DNA of 60,973 nt from an uncultured Pseudomonadota bacterium (lineage in GTDB: Bacteria > Pseudomonadota > Alphaproteobacteria > Rs-D84), in assembly GCA_902790415.1 (NCBI GenBank), contig CADARU010000002.1, positions 1 through 60,973 on the forward strand, in the 5' to 3' direction. The notes beneath the pieces are model-generated. The model did no database searches. It saw nothing but the letters and a program-made list of their open reading frames with translations, and was not told the origin of the DNA. The position numbers and the translations under genes were made by a program. Shown piece by piece: positions 48,166 through 55,864 of the stretch; positions within the stretch are counted from its first letter, which is position 1; every line of letters starts with the position of its first letter.

Positions 48166-51100
48166 TTTTGTTTAATACCCTTTAATTTTTGACGCAATCT
48201 TTCCATCGCAAAGAATAATGCCGGTGTCAAAGTAAACGTCCAGAATAATGATGCACCCATACCACCAATCATAACTGCCGCCATTGCAGATTTCATACCA
48301 TCGGCACTCCATAATTGTGGCAACATACCGGCCATAACCGCGATAGATGTCATTAACACCATATTCTTTTTAGAATTCAATTCATCCCATAATGCGATTT
48401 TAATATTTTCGCCTTGCTTGATACGGTTAATTGTTGGTTCCAAAACCAAAATGTTATTATTAACCACCAATCCGACCAGCATAACAAATGCCAACATTGC
48501 CCCAACGTTCATAGATGCCCCAGACAAGAACAACAAGATAAACACACCGGCAAAACTGGTTATAATAGATGTCGCAATCGTAAACGGATGAATCAAAGAA
48601 TTCAAAATCGCCGCCAACAACATAAACGTCAATATTGTCGCCAACAAAAATGCGGTACCAATTTCGGTTGTTGTTTCCGATTGAATTTCAGACATACCGC
48701 CAAATTCGTAACCATAGCCCGGTTTCCAATCTATTTTATCTAATGCGTTTGTGATTTTTGCCTGAACTGGGCCACTGGTTGATTTGCCAAGGTTTATATC
48801 TATTTCTGTTACACGATTTTTATCCAAACGGCGAATATCAGGTGTCGCGGTAACCGTTTCAATATCCCCTAATTCCGACAAAGGCACCATACCTTTTTGT
48901 GAATTTACCAGCACATCATCAAACATTTCACGTCCCTTGAACGGCTTTGCGAATTCTAAAACGATTGGATATTCTTCACCGGCCTCTTTATATTTGTATG
49001 TATCGTTTCCGTACAGTGCCGTACGCAATGCGCCACCCGCATAAGAATTCTTTATTCCCCAAAAATCCATCTTGGATGCATCAGGTGTAAAGCGAATTTC
49101 ATTACCTGGGGTTTGTTGGGCAAATACGGCCGTTTGCACTTCGGTTATATTGTTAATTGCATCCAAGGCACGCGTGGCATATTCGTTACGCAACGCATCA
49201 TCTTCACCATAGATATTTAATACAATATCAGACGACACAGAAGACACGCCTTCACCGGCACGAATTTGAATTTCTGCATCCGGTATTTTTGCCAATTCCG
49301 GCAAAACCGCACGTGCGATTTTTTTATCACTGCGGTGTCTGTTTTCGCGATTAACCAATTTTATTTTAACCGCTATATTCTGCAAACCGCGTTCACCGAT
49401 TTTAACAGATGTTGTTTCAACTTCGGGTACGTTTGATAAAACCTGTTCTATTTGTTCGGCAATAGATTGTGATTTTTCATATGTTGCCCCCATTGGTGCA
49501 CGCGCGGTAATATTTATTTCATTTGCATCGGTTGCCGGACTAAACTCGTTACCGGTAAAGCGCATCAAAAATGCCGCACCAAACAATGCCACAAACGCCA
49601 TCAAAATTACGCGTCCAGAATGTTTATACTGATATGCAAACCATTTCTGCATTGCGGTTTTATTATCTTTTTTCTTTGTCGCAACACGTTTTATTTTTAC
49701 CACACGTAAAATTTTGGCAATCATCATAGGGGTCAAAGTAAATGAAAACAATAACGACAAAACTGTCAAATACACAACCGTCATACCAAATTGCATCATA
49801 AACTTACCCACGATACCGCCCATAAAGGCCAAAGGTAAAAACACCACGACATTTGTTCCAACACCGGCCAAAACCGAAACCGCAACACGTTTTGTACCAT
49901 CTATTGCGGCATCTTCTGGCGATTTTCCACCACGCATTTCTTGTAATGCCGATTCTATTAAAATAATGGCGTTTGATACCAATGTTCCCAATGCCGAAGA
50001 ATACGCCAACAACGTCATCGCGTTAATGGTAAAACCACTGCTGTTAACAAAGAATAATCCCGCAATCAAAGATGCCGGAATAACCACACCCGCGATAATG
50101 GTTGAACGCCAATTTCCGGTAAAGGCCAATAACACAAGAATCGTGAAAACAACACCTAAAACAATACCGTTTATCGTACTGGACGTTTCGTTTGAAATAA
50201 CGACAGAAGAATCAGAAATCATTTCCATTTTGGCATCAGGAAATCTGGACTGCAAATCCGCGGTTAGTTTCGGCAAATCTTTGTTTAATTGCTTTGAAAT
50301 TTTTACTGCATTTCCATCAGATGCCTTGACCACCGATGCGATAACAACCGGGTTACCATTGAATCGCGCACCGGTATCTAAATCACGTGCGGCATCGGTA
50401 ACCGTTGCAACATCAGACAAAACAAAATTCTGACCTTCGGCCGTTGTTATATGCAAATTTTTAATTGCATCAACCGATTCAAATTCACCAACAAAACGAA
50501 CGTTCAAAGAATCTGTACCAAATTCTATTTTACCCCCCGGGACATTTAAATTATTTGCCCCCATCGCGGCAACAACGTCCATTATGGTTACACCGTATGC
50601 CGCCATCGTTTGCGGATTTAATGCAACACGTATTGCACGTTTTTCGCCGCCAAAAACATCAACACTGGCCACACCACTAATAGATGTTATTTTGTTTGCC
50701 AACGTATTTTCCGCATATTCTTGCAAATCACGCAAAGACGTACCACTTAGCGCAATATCAACCACAGATGTTTGTAATGGGTTTAATTTTTCAATAACCG
50801 GTTGTTTCAAATCAGACGGAAATTCTGATGCCAATGCATCTATCTTGGATTTGACTTCACTGGCCTTGTCATTAACATTAACCCCCAGGTTAAACTCCGC
50901 CATCACATATCCACCATTTTCAAATGCCTGGGATGTAATTTTTTTCAGTCCTGTAACCTGGGACATGGCATCTTCCGCCTTTTTTATAACCTGGGATTCT
51001 ATTTCAGCAGGAGCGGCCCCCGGATACACAAACGTTGCCGTAACCATTGGAAAATCCAACGCCGGTGTGCGTTCAATATTCATTTTACCAAACGAAACTA

Positions 51101-51170
51101 TTCCCAACACAACCCACAATAAAACGAACATAACAGTTGTAACAGGACGCTTAACAAAGAAACGCAACAT
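48162..51170 (-). CDS. RND efflux transporter, AcrB/AcrD/AcrF family
   Basis: 1002 aa. FFVKRPV start, 12 TM with two large periplasmic loops. Confidence 0.9.
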   Translation of the reverse strand: MLRFFVKRPVTTVMFVLLWVVLGIVSFGKMNIERTPALDFPMVTATFVYPGAAPAEIESQVIKKAEDAMSQVTGLKKITSQAFENGGYVMAEFNLGVNVNDKASEVKSKIDALASEFPSDLKQPVIEKLNPLQTSVVDIALSGTSLRDLQEYAENTLANKITSISGVASVDVFGGEKRAIRVALNPQTMAAYGVTIMDVVAAMGANNLNVPGGKIEFGTDSLNVRFVGEFESVDAIKNLHITTAEGQNFVLSDVATVTDAARDLDTGARFNGNPVVIASVVKASDGNAVKISKQLNKDLPKLTADLQSRFPDAKMEMISDSSVVISNETSSTINGIVLGVVFTILVLLAFTGNWRSTIIAGVVIPASLIAGLFFVNSSGFTINAMTLLAYSSALGTLVSNAIILIESALQEMRGGKSPEDAAIDGTKRVAVSVLAGVGTNVVVFLPLAFMGGIVGKFMMQFGMTVVYLTVLSLLFSFTLTPMMIAKILRVVKIKRVATKKKDNKTAMQKWFAYQYKHSGRVILMAFVALFGAAFLMRFTGNEFSPATDANEINITARAPMGATYEKSQSIAEQIEQVLSNVPEVETTSVKIGERGLQNIAVKIKLVNRENRHRSDKKIARAVLPELAKIPDAEIQIRAGEGVSSVSSDIVLNIYGEDDALRNEYATRALDAINNITEVQTAVFAQQTPGNEIRFTPDASKMDFWGIKNSYAGGALRTALYGNDTYKYKEAGEEYPIVLEFAKPFKGREMFDDVLVNSQKGMVPLSELGDIETVTATPDIRRLDKNRVTEIDINLGKSTSGPVQAKITNALDKIDWKPGYGYEFGGMSEIQSETTTEIGTAFLLATILTFMLLAAILNSLIHPFTIATSIITSFAGVFILLFLSGASMNVGAMLAFVMLVGLVVNNNILVLEPTINRIKQGENIKIALWDELNSKKNMVLMTSIAVMAGMLPQLWSADGMKSAMAAVMIGGMGASLFWTFTLTPALFFAMERLRQKLKGIKQK

Positions 51171-51188
51171 TTTAAAATCCCCCAGTTT

Positions 51189-51788
51189 TTATTTTTTTAC
51201 TCTTACTTTTTGACCGGCATTAACCTTAGATGAAATGACAATATCGCCATCAGAAATTCCACTTGAAACACACACAGTTTCTAAATCTTGACCGCTAATT
51301 TTCACATCACGTGCCACCGCCACATCAGAATCAAGAACCAAAACAACATTATCACGAACAACATATGCCGGCAAAAAATAACCTTTTAATTTCACTTGAA
51401 CATTATGCAAACCGTCCGCAACACCACGTGTCCGCACAACATACATACCCGTATCCAAATCCAGGTTGGACGACACTGACACAACCACGCCAGTTCCCAC
51501 CTTTTGACCGGCACGCAGTTTATTCTGATATATGCCCGAAACATAGGCGCGATTATTTTTTATATCAATTGGTATATTGATAATACCGTCCGATTGTTGC
51601 GCAACAACCGTTTCAACAATTGCACCACTTTGCTTTATTTCACGTATCGGATTAAAAACACTCATACGTGATTCCAAGGCAACCATAACAAATCTGAACA
51701 CGAACCACAGAGCAACCGCCACAATAACCGCGATACTAAAAAACTTTTTTGCACGTGGATTTTCCAAATAACTTGTAATTTTTTTCAT
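51189..51788 (-). CDS. Short periplasmic adaptor-like protein of the efflux operon (199 aa)
   Basis: N-terminal TM anchor plus a beta-rich body, positioned between the TolC-like and RND genes. Far shorter than usual adaptors; see finding. Confidence 0.5.
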   Translation of the reverse strand: MKKITSYLENPRAKKFFSIAVIVAVALWFVFRFVMVALESRMSVFNPIREIKQSGAIVETVVAQQSDGIINIPIDIKNNRAYVSGIYQNKLRAGQKVGTGVVVSVSSNLDLDTGMYVVRTRGVADGLHNVQVKLKGYFLPAYVVRDNVVLVLDSDVAVARDVKISGQDLETVCVSSGISDGDIVISSKVNAGQKVRVKK

Positions 51789-51790
51789 TG

Positions 51791-53110
51791 TTATTCACCT
51801 AACTTTTTAACCGATTCCGCCGACATCAAAATTTTGTATTTTGCGTTCAACAAGGCCATATCTAATTGGTACAGCCCATCAGAAACATCCGCCAATTCAA
51901 CCGCAGAGGTTTGCCCCGATGCAAAGCGTGCCTGGGAAAAATCGTATGCCTTGGCGGCCAAATTACGTGCATTTTCCAAACCCTTTAAATTTCCACACAA
52001 ATGATTGTATTCTTTTATTGCATTAGTATATTTTTCACCGGTAATTTTTTTTGCCTTGTCTAAATCTTGACGTGCGGCCTCGGCGTTCATGGCATCTATT
52101 GTCGCGTTTGCACGATTTGCCCCCCCTGAAAAGATAGGAACTTTTAACGCCAATCCCCAATAGGCAGATTGCGAATTATCACGATTAAACATGTTATCAA
52201 AATCTTTGTCCATCGCAGTATAGTTATAAGATGCCATTGCCGCCAATGTCGGATAACCGTTTGCACGTTCAGAAGATGCCTTTTGTTCGTACATACGCAC
52301 CTGTTGATTCAAGACCTGCCATTCAGGGGTATCGTGCAGTTTTTTCTGGTCCATTGGTGCAAATTTTTTTGGGAAACTATCTGTCAAATTTAATGGTTCT
52401 TCGACATCTATTCCGGCCAAAATTTTCAACATACGATGCGCGGTATCACGGTTAAATTCCGCATCCGATAAATTTATTTCTTTTGTCGCAATATCAGATT
52501 CTATTTTTACTAAATTACCACGATTTGCGCGCCCTGCCCCGGTCAGTTTTTTACGTGCATCACGTGCATTGTTTAAATTTTTTTGCGCCAAAATAACGAT
52601 TTCATCTGTCATTTTTGCGGTCCAATACATATCTGCGGCGGCATATTTAACCTCGCGCAGAACCATTTCTTTGGAATATTCCCCCATTTTTATTGCACTG
52701 CGCACACTATCGACCGCATTACCAATTTTTCCGAACGTATAAATTGGCTGTGTAATTGTAACACCGGCCATAAAAATATTATCAGGGACATCTATTTTAT
52801 TTATGCCCGCCAACTGAGGAATCAGACCACCTATCTCCGGCGGCAACTTAACATTATAAGAATCCAGTGGTTTTTCAACATTAACCAAATTCATATATGT
52901 AACATTACCTTCGATATTAAACCAACGATTTGCATTAACAGAATCCAAAGATGCCTGGGCCTTGGTTAAATTTGCCTCGGCCTTTTTGACATCGTGTGAT
53001 TCAGACACAATTTTTTCAATCGCCTGGTTCAAAGACAAATCCATCGCGACCACATCTGTGCCACTAAAACCGGCGCACAGCAAAAACAAAACACCATAAA
53101 ACTTACGCAT
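51791..53110 (-). CDS. TolC-family outer membrane efflux protein
   Basis: 439 aa. Signal peptide and two-fold repeat of long helical segments (L.LNQAIE......D....A). Confidence 0.75.
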   Translation of the reverse strand: MRKFYGVLFLLCAGFSGTDVVAMDLSLNQAIEKIVSESHDVKKAEANLTKAQASLDSVNANRWFNIEGNVTYMNLVNVEKPLDSYNVKLPPEIGGLIPQLAGINKIDVPDNIFMAGVTITQPIYTFGKIGNAVDSVRSAIKMGEYSKEMVLREVKYAAADMYWTAKMTDEIVILAQKNLNNARDARKKLTGAGRANRGNLVKIESDIATKEINLSDAEFNRDTAHRMLKILAGIDVEEPLNLTDSFPKKFAPMDQKKLHDTPEWQVLNQQVRMYEQKASSERANGYPTLAAMASYNYTAMDKDFDNMFNRDNSQSAYWGLALKVPIFSGGANRANATIDAMNAEAARQDLDKAKKITGEKYTNAIKEYNHLCGNLKGLENARNLAAKAYDFSQARFASGQTSAVELADVSDGLYQLDMALLNAKYKILMSAESVKKLGE

Positions 53111-53552
53111 TTTTCAACTCCAACTTAACGAAAATATTATAAATAGATTTGAAAGAACGTATCAGTTCTTCTTCATCTTCTTTATCAACATCTTTGAATA
53201 TTGCGGCCATTGCCTGGTGAAAGATTTCCATAAATTGCTTGGCGGTTTCGGCCCCATACGGTGTAACAGAATACCATGTGTTACGTCTATCGCTTTCATC
53301 AACATCACGCGCAACCAATCCATCGCGTTCTAATTTTCGAAAAGCCGTACACAGATTTGGTGCCGGCACAAATTCACGTGCGGCAATATCTTTTAATTTC
53401 TGGCGGCCACCTAAATACAAACCAATTAAAAATTGCACCTGTTGACGGGAATAATCACCAAATTGCACGCGACCACGATTTATGCGTTCGGACAATTTTG
53501 CGAACAAAAACACACTTTTTTCCAGCCAAGAAACCAATTCTTTGCGAACCAT
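53103..53552 (-). CDS. MarR-family transcriptional regulator
   Basis: 149 aa. Winged-HTH segment ...Q..FLIGLY..G.QKLKDIA.......PNL...F.KLE.DGLV.R..D..DRR. Confidence 0.8.
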   Translation of the reverse strand: MVRKELVSWLEKSVFLFAKLSERINRGRVQFGDYSRQQVQFLIGLYLGGRQKLKDIAAREFVPAPNLCTAFRKLERDGLVARDVDESDRRNTWYSVTPYGAETAKQFMEIFHQAMAAIFKDVDKEDEEELIRSFKSIYNIFVKLELKNA

Positions 53553-53583
53553 TTTTGCCTCTTTTTTTTATAAAAAACAGAAG

Positions 53584-53620
53584 ATTGTTAAAAACGGAAA
53601 TCATTATAATTTTTAACAAT
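53584..53620. promoter_or_regulatory. Candidate MarR operator palindrome upstream of the efflux operon
   Basis: ATTGTTAAAAA (53584-53594) and TTTTTAACAAT (53610-53620): an 11-bp perfect inverted repeat, 15-nt spacer, about 30 nt upstream of the marR start. Confidence 0.4.
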
Positions 53621-53660
53621 TATAAAATCAAGTCCAAAAATCAGATTTTTAATTTTATTA

Positions 53661-53688
53661 TTGCAAAAAATATAAAGGTGGTTATAAT
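53661..53688 (+). promoter_or_regulatory. Candidate sigma70 promoter of tRNA-Gln
   Basis: TTGCAA (53661-66), 16 nt, TATAAT (53683-88). The tRNA 5' end lies 12 nt downstream. Confidence 0.5.
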
Positions 53689-53700
53689 TAACGTACTTTT

Positions 53701-53774
53701 TGGGGTGTCGTCTAATGGTAGGACAAGAGATTTTGGTTCTCTTTATCATGGTTCGAATCCGTGCGCCCCAACCA
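53701..53774 (+). tRNA. tRNA-Gln (anticodon UUG), CCA encoded
   Basis: Hand-folded cloverleaf. Acceptor TGGGGTG/CGCCCCA (U1-A72). D stem GTCT/GGAC. Anticodon stem AGAGA/TCTCT with loop TTTTGGT (anticodon TTG). T arm CATGG-TTCGAAT-CCGTG. Discriminator A plus CCA. 74 nt. Confidence 0.9.
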
Positions 53775-53782
53775 GAATAAAC

Positions 53783-53808
53783 AAAAACACCCCTTTGGGT
53801 GTTTTTAT
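53783..53808 (+). terminator. Intrinsic terminator after tRNA-Gln
   Basis: AAAAACACCC-CTTT-GGGTGTTTTT. Confidence 0.8.
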
Positions 53809-53976
53809 TTATTCCTGGGCGCACGGATCGGTGCGAGCGTTAGCGCAGCACCAATACGAGAATACACAATTAGAAAAATCTTAAAAAATCGACCAAGGGA
53901 GATTTTTTTGATTTTTGTTATTGCGTATCGAGGCACCCGTGCGCATTCCAGAGAGCAAAAATATAAGACTTTGGCA

Positions 53977-54027
53977 AGTTCGAAAGTAATTTTTATAAAA
54001 ATTATGTCGTTATCCACACTTTCGAAC
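53977..54027. repeat. Outer hairpin module, left (GTTCGAAAGT ... ACTTTCGAAC enclosing an 18-bp AT palindrome)
   Basis: Arms at 53978-53987 and 54018-54027. TAATTTTTATAAAAATTA palindrome at 53987-54004. Confidence 0.7.
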
Positions 54028-54116
54028 CGCTTATAACACTCTAAAAACATTCGAACAAGCAACAATCTTATAAAACTAATAGAACCATGCCCTAACTGGT
54101 CTTTTTATTCAAAGTG

Positions 54117-54137
54117 GTTGTGGTGTGTGGGCGAAAC
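54117..54137. repeat. Left arm of the perfect 21-bp inverted repeat flanking ORF 54205-54723
   Basis: GTTGTGGTGTGTGGGCGAAAC, the exact reverse complement of 54741-54761. Confidence 0.95.
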
Positions 54138-54140
54138 AAG

Positions 54141-54169
54141 TTGTTTTCATAATAAAATTTTAGTATAAT
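54141..54169 (+). promoter_or_regulatory. Candidate sigma70 promoter of the IR-bracketed ORF
   Basis: TTGTTT (54141-46), 17 nt, TATAAT (54164-69). RBS GGAGA lies upstream of the ATG at 54205. Confidence 0.5.
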
Positions 54170-54204
54170 AAGCCTGTAGTTAATTAGAAGACGGAGAAAA
54201 AATA

Positions 54205-54723
54205 ATGGCAAACTATGCTGATATAAAAAAAGCTTTGGAACAACGCGGTTTTGCTGAAAATGCAAATTTCATATTTGTGGGTATGAATAGTGAAACTGAT
54301 TTTATGTTTGATGGAGTACCCACGTATCGTATCGCAAATTACCAGAATGACGAGACCACAATCTATTTTGAACCATTGAAAAGAGATTTAACTTTACACG
54401 TAATACATGATTTGAATATGGGCACTGGCGGACAAACAAGTAGCAATAATGGCGTATATGCAGTATACATTCCAAAACAAGGTTTCATTTTTACACAAAA
54501 CCATGAAATCAAATGGTTAGTAGAAAAAGAATTTAATTTTAAAGATACGCATTTCGGCATTCCTCTCTCGAACGGTGCAATTTTTCGTGATGATAAGCAA
54601 CAAAAGATTTGGAAACAAATTCAATTTAATTACGCAACAAAGCAAATAACCAAAGAAACGACGAATAAAAAATTGAATCCAAATTTGATGAGAACGGTTG
54701 GGGAACAAACTATAGCCAAATAA
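54205..54723 (+). CDS. Hypothetical protein (172 aa), no recognisable family
   Basis: Clean ORF with its own promoter and RBS. No signal peptide or TM segment. Bracketed by the 21-bp IR. Confidence 0.6.
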   Translation: MANYADIKKALEQRGFAENANFIFVGMNSETDFMFDGVPTYRIANYQNDETTIYFEPLKRDLTLHVIHDLNMGTGGQTSSNNGVYAVYIPKQGFIFTQNHEIKWLVEKEFNFKDTHFGIPLSNGAIFRDDKQQKIWKQIQFNYATKQITKETTNKKLNPNLMRTVGEQTIAK

Positions 54724-54740
54724 AACTTTTATTTACTCGC

Positions 54741-54761
54741 GTTTCGCCCACACACCACAAC
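54741..54761. repeat. Right arm of the perfect 21-bp inverted repeat
   Basis: GTTTCGCCCACACACCACAAC, starting 17 nt after the ORF stop. Confidence 0.95.
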
Positions 54762-54821
54762 AAAGATAGACAACCGTTCGTTTCAGGGTGCTTTTTTGTT
54801 TGTTTTCTAATATTTTCACCG

Positions 54822-54872
54822 AGTTCGAAAGGTAAAATAAAAAAAGTGGTAAAAAATCACAAGTTTCGAACT
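54822..54872. repeat. Outer hairpin module, right (AGTTCGAAA-N33-TTTCGAACT)
   Basis: Arms at 54822-54830 and 54864-54872. Overlaps the stop codon of the GNAT gene. Confidence 0.7.
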
Positions 54873-55401
54873 AGTTGTCTGTCTTTAATTTTGAAAACAT
54901 CTTCATATCACGTGGTATGCTACGCAATAAAAAATACTTCCGTAAAATACCATCTAATCGAAAACCACAACGTTTTGCTACAGCTTCAGAACTTGTATTA
55001 TCTATATCTAATGTCAATTGAATACGATTTAATCCTATTTTATTAAAACCTATATCAGTCATTAAATTCAAAGCACGTGTCATAATTCCATGTTTTGTGT
55101 ATTTTTGTCCAAGCCAATAACTTATTTCACCCATATTTTCATCGATATCAACAAATCCTATTTTACCTGCAATTTTACCATCAACCTTTATAAAATACGA
55201 ACAAATATCAACAGAATAAGATTTTTCTATATTAGTTAGTGTTTTTTCTATTGTTGTATATCTATCAACCCATTCTAAATATTTTGATAAAAAAGCACGA
55301 TTATCGTTTATCACATCCAATAACTTTTGTGCATTTTGTTTATCAGGAGTAATTTTCTCTAATGTAAAATCACCACAGTCAATATATTTTTCAAATTTCA
55401 T
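54871..55401 (-). CDS. GNAT N-acetyltransferase, RimJ/RimL-like
   Basis: 176 aa. ...GEISYWLGQKYTKHGIMTRALNLMTDIGFNKIGLNRIQL.......S.AVAKRCGF..DG pattern of Acetyltransf_3-type GNATs. Confidence 0.8.
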   Translation of the reverse strand: MKFEKYIDCGDFTLEKITPDKQNAQKLLDVINDNRAFLSKYLEWVDRYTTIEKTLTNIEKSYSVDICSYFIKVDGKIAGKIGFVDIDENMGEISYWLGQKYTKHGIMTRALNLMTDIGFNKIGLNRIQLTLDIDNTSSEAVAKRCGFRLDGILRKYFLLRSIPRDMKMFSKLKTDN

Positions 55402-55613
55402 TCGTTTTTATCCTGTTTATTAGCACTGATATTATAACACAAATTTTTTATGTATTCAAAATTTTCCACCAATTCGGTTCGCGAACTGCGCAGTTTGAGC
55501 GCTAACGAATGCGGCGCAGTGTCGGCACAGCCGACCGATTCAATCTGGGGGCCACGAAATATTTTTCTTAAATCGGTATTTACATTTCACATTCAATATT
55601 TTATAATCTTTTG

Positions 55614-55823
55614 AATCCAAGAGATTGGGTTTGGGGCTGTGGTAGCCCGTGAATTCGGTGCGAAAGCATCGTAATCTGATGTTATCGGTGTTTTTTGCGC
55701 CGTTATCGTCCCCGCCTTATGGTCGGGGAGTCGTTGGTCATAAAACAGGAATAATCCAAAAACCAACGGAATCAATAATTCACTGATTACCAACTCCCTG
55801 GCCGCTCTTTCTTGGAGCGGTTT
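55614..55823 (+). ncRNA. Candidate ~210-nt small RNA (unknown family)
   Basis: Promoter TTTACA (55579-84), 17 nt, TATAAT (55602-07). GC-rich body with hairpins GGGCT-GTGGT-AGCCC, GGTGC-GAAA-GCATC (GNRA loop) and TCCCCG-N9-CGGGGA. Terminator CCGCTC-N7-GAGCGG followed by TTT at 55802-55823. No convincing ORF on the + strand. Confidence 0.35.
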
Positions 55824-55864
55824 AATTATTACCAAAGAAGTTTTAATCGTACTGGATACAACCT

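Noticed and set aside
49714-51213. 239-aa and 209-aa + strand ORFs
   Set aside because: Antisense to the RND transporter gene.
53833-53845. Shared 9-mer CGTTAGCGC between 53836-53844 and the reverse complement of 55512-55520
   Set aside because: The flanks do not align, so an isolated 9-mer is not convincing as island-terminal repeats.
53761-54065. 91-aa (+) and 86-aa (-) ORFs just downstream of the tRNA
   Set aside because: They run through the tRNA 3' end, its terminator and palindromic AT-rich DNA. No RBS, and implausible translations.
55531-55557. CCGACCGATTCAATCTGGGGGCCACG as a possible direct-repeat attR copy of the tRNA-Gln 3' end
   Set aside because: Only about 6 of 9 positions match in the T-loop segment, and the acceptor part does not align. 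This is too weak to call.
55398-55586. Minus-strand open frame ending in an ATGA overlap with the GNAT start (antitoxin-like position)
   Set aside because: It has no ATG start; only weak TTG/GTG/CTG options remain, leaving 24-31 aa. Two in-frame TGA codons lie just upstream. The GNAT is RimJ/RimL-like rather than a TacT/AtaT-type toxin. I keep it only as a pseudogene alternative in the sRNA finding.
55720-55750. Similarity of CGGGGAGTCGTTGGTCATAAA to the yybP-ykoY (Mn2+) riboswitch core GGGGAGTAG...TTGACATA
   Set aside because: The match is short and inexact. The downstream gene is a LysR regulator rather than a Mn exporter, and a terminator separates the two.
55634-55825. tmRNA (coding piece of an alpha-type two-piece tmRNA), prompted by the GGGGCTG... 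start and a GAATTCGGTGCGAAAGC segment reminiscent of the E. coli tmRNA 5' region
   Set aside because: I found no tag reading frame ending in a hydrophobic ...AA stop. There is no T-arm (GGTTCGAATCC-type) with a complementary CAGC(T/C)CC(ACCA) acceptor strand on either side. The upstream TCCACCA at 55473 is preceded by AT-rich sequence, not a T-arm. Only a covariance-model search could revive this idea.
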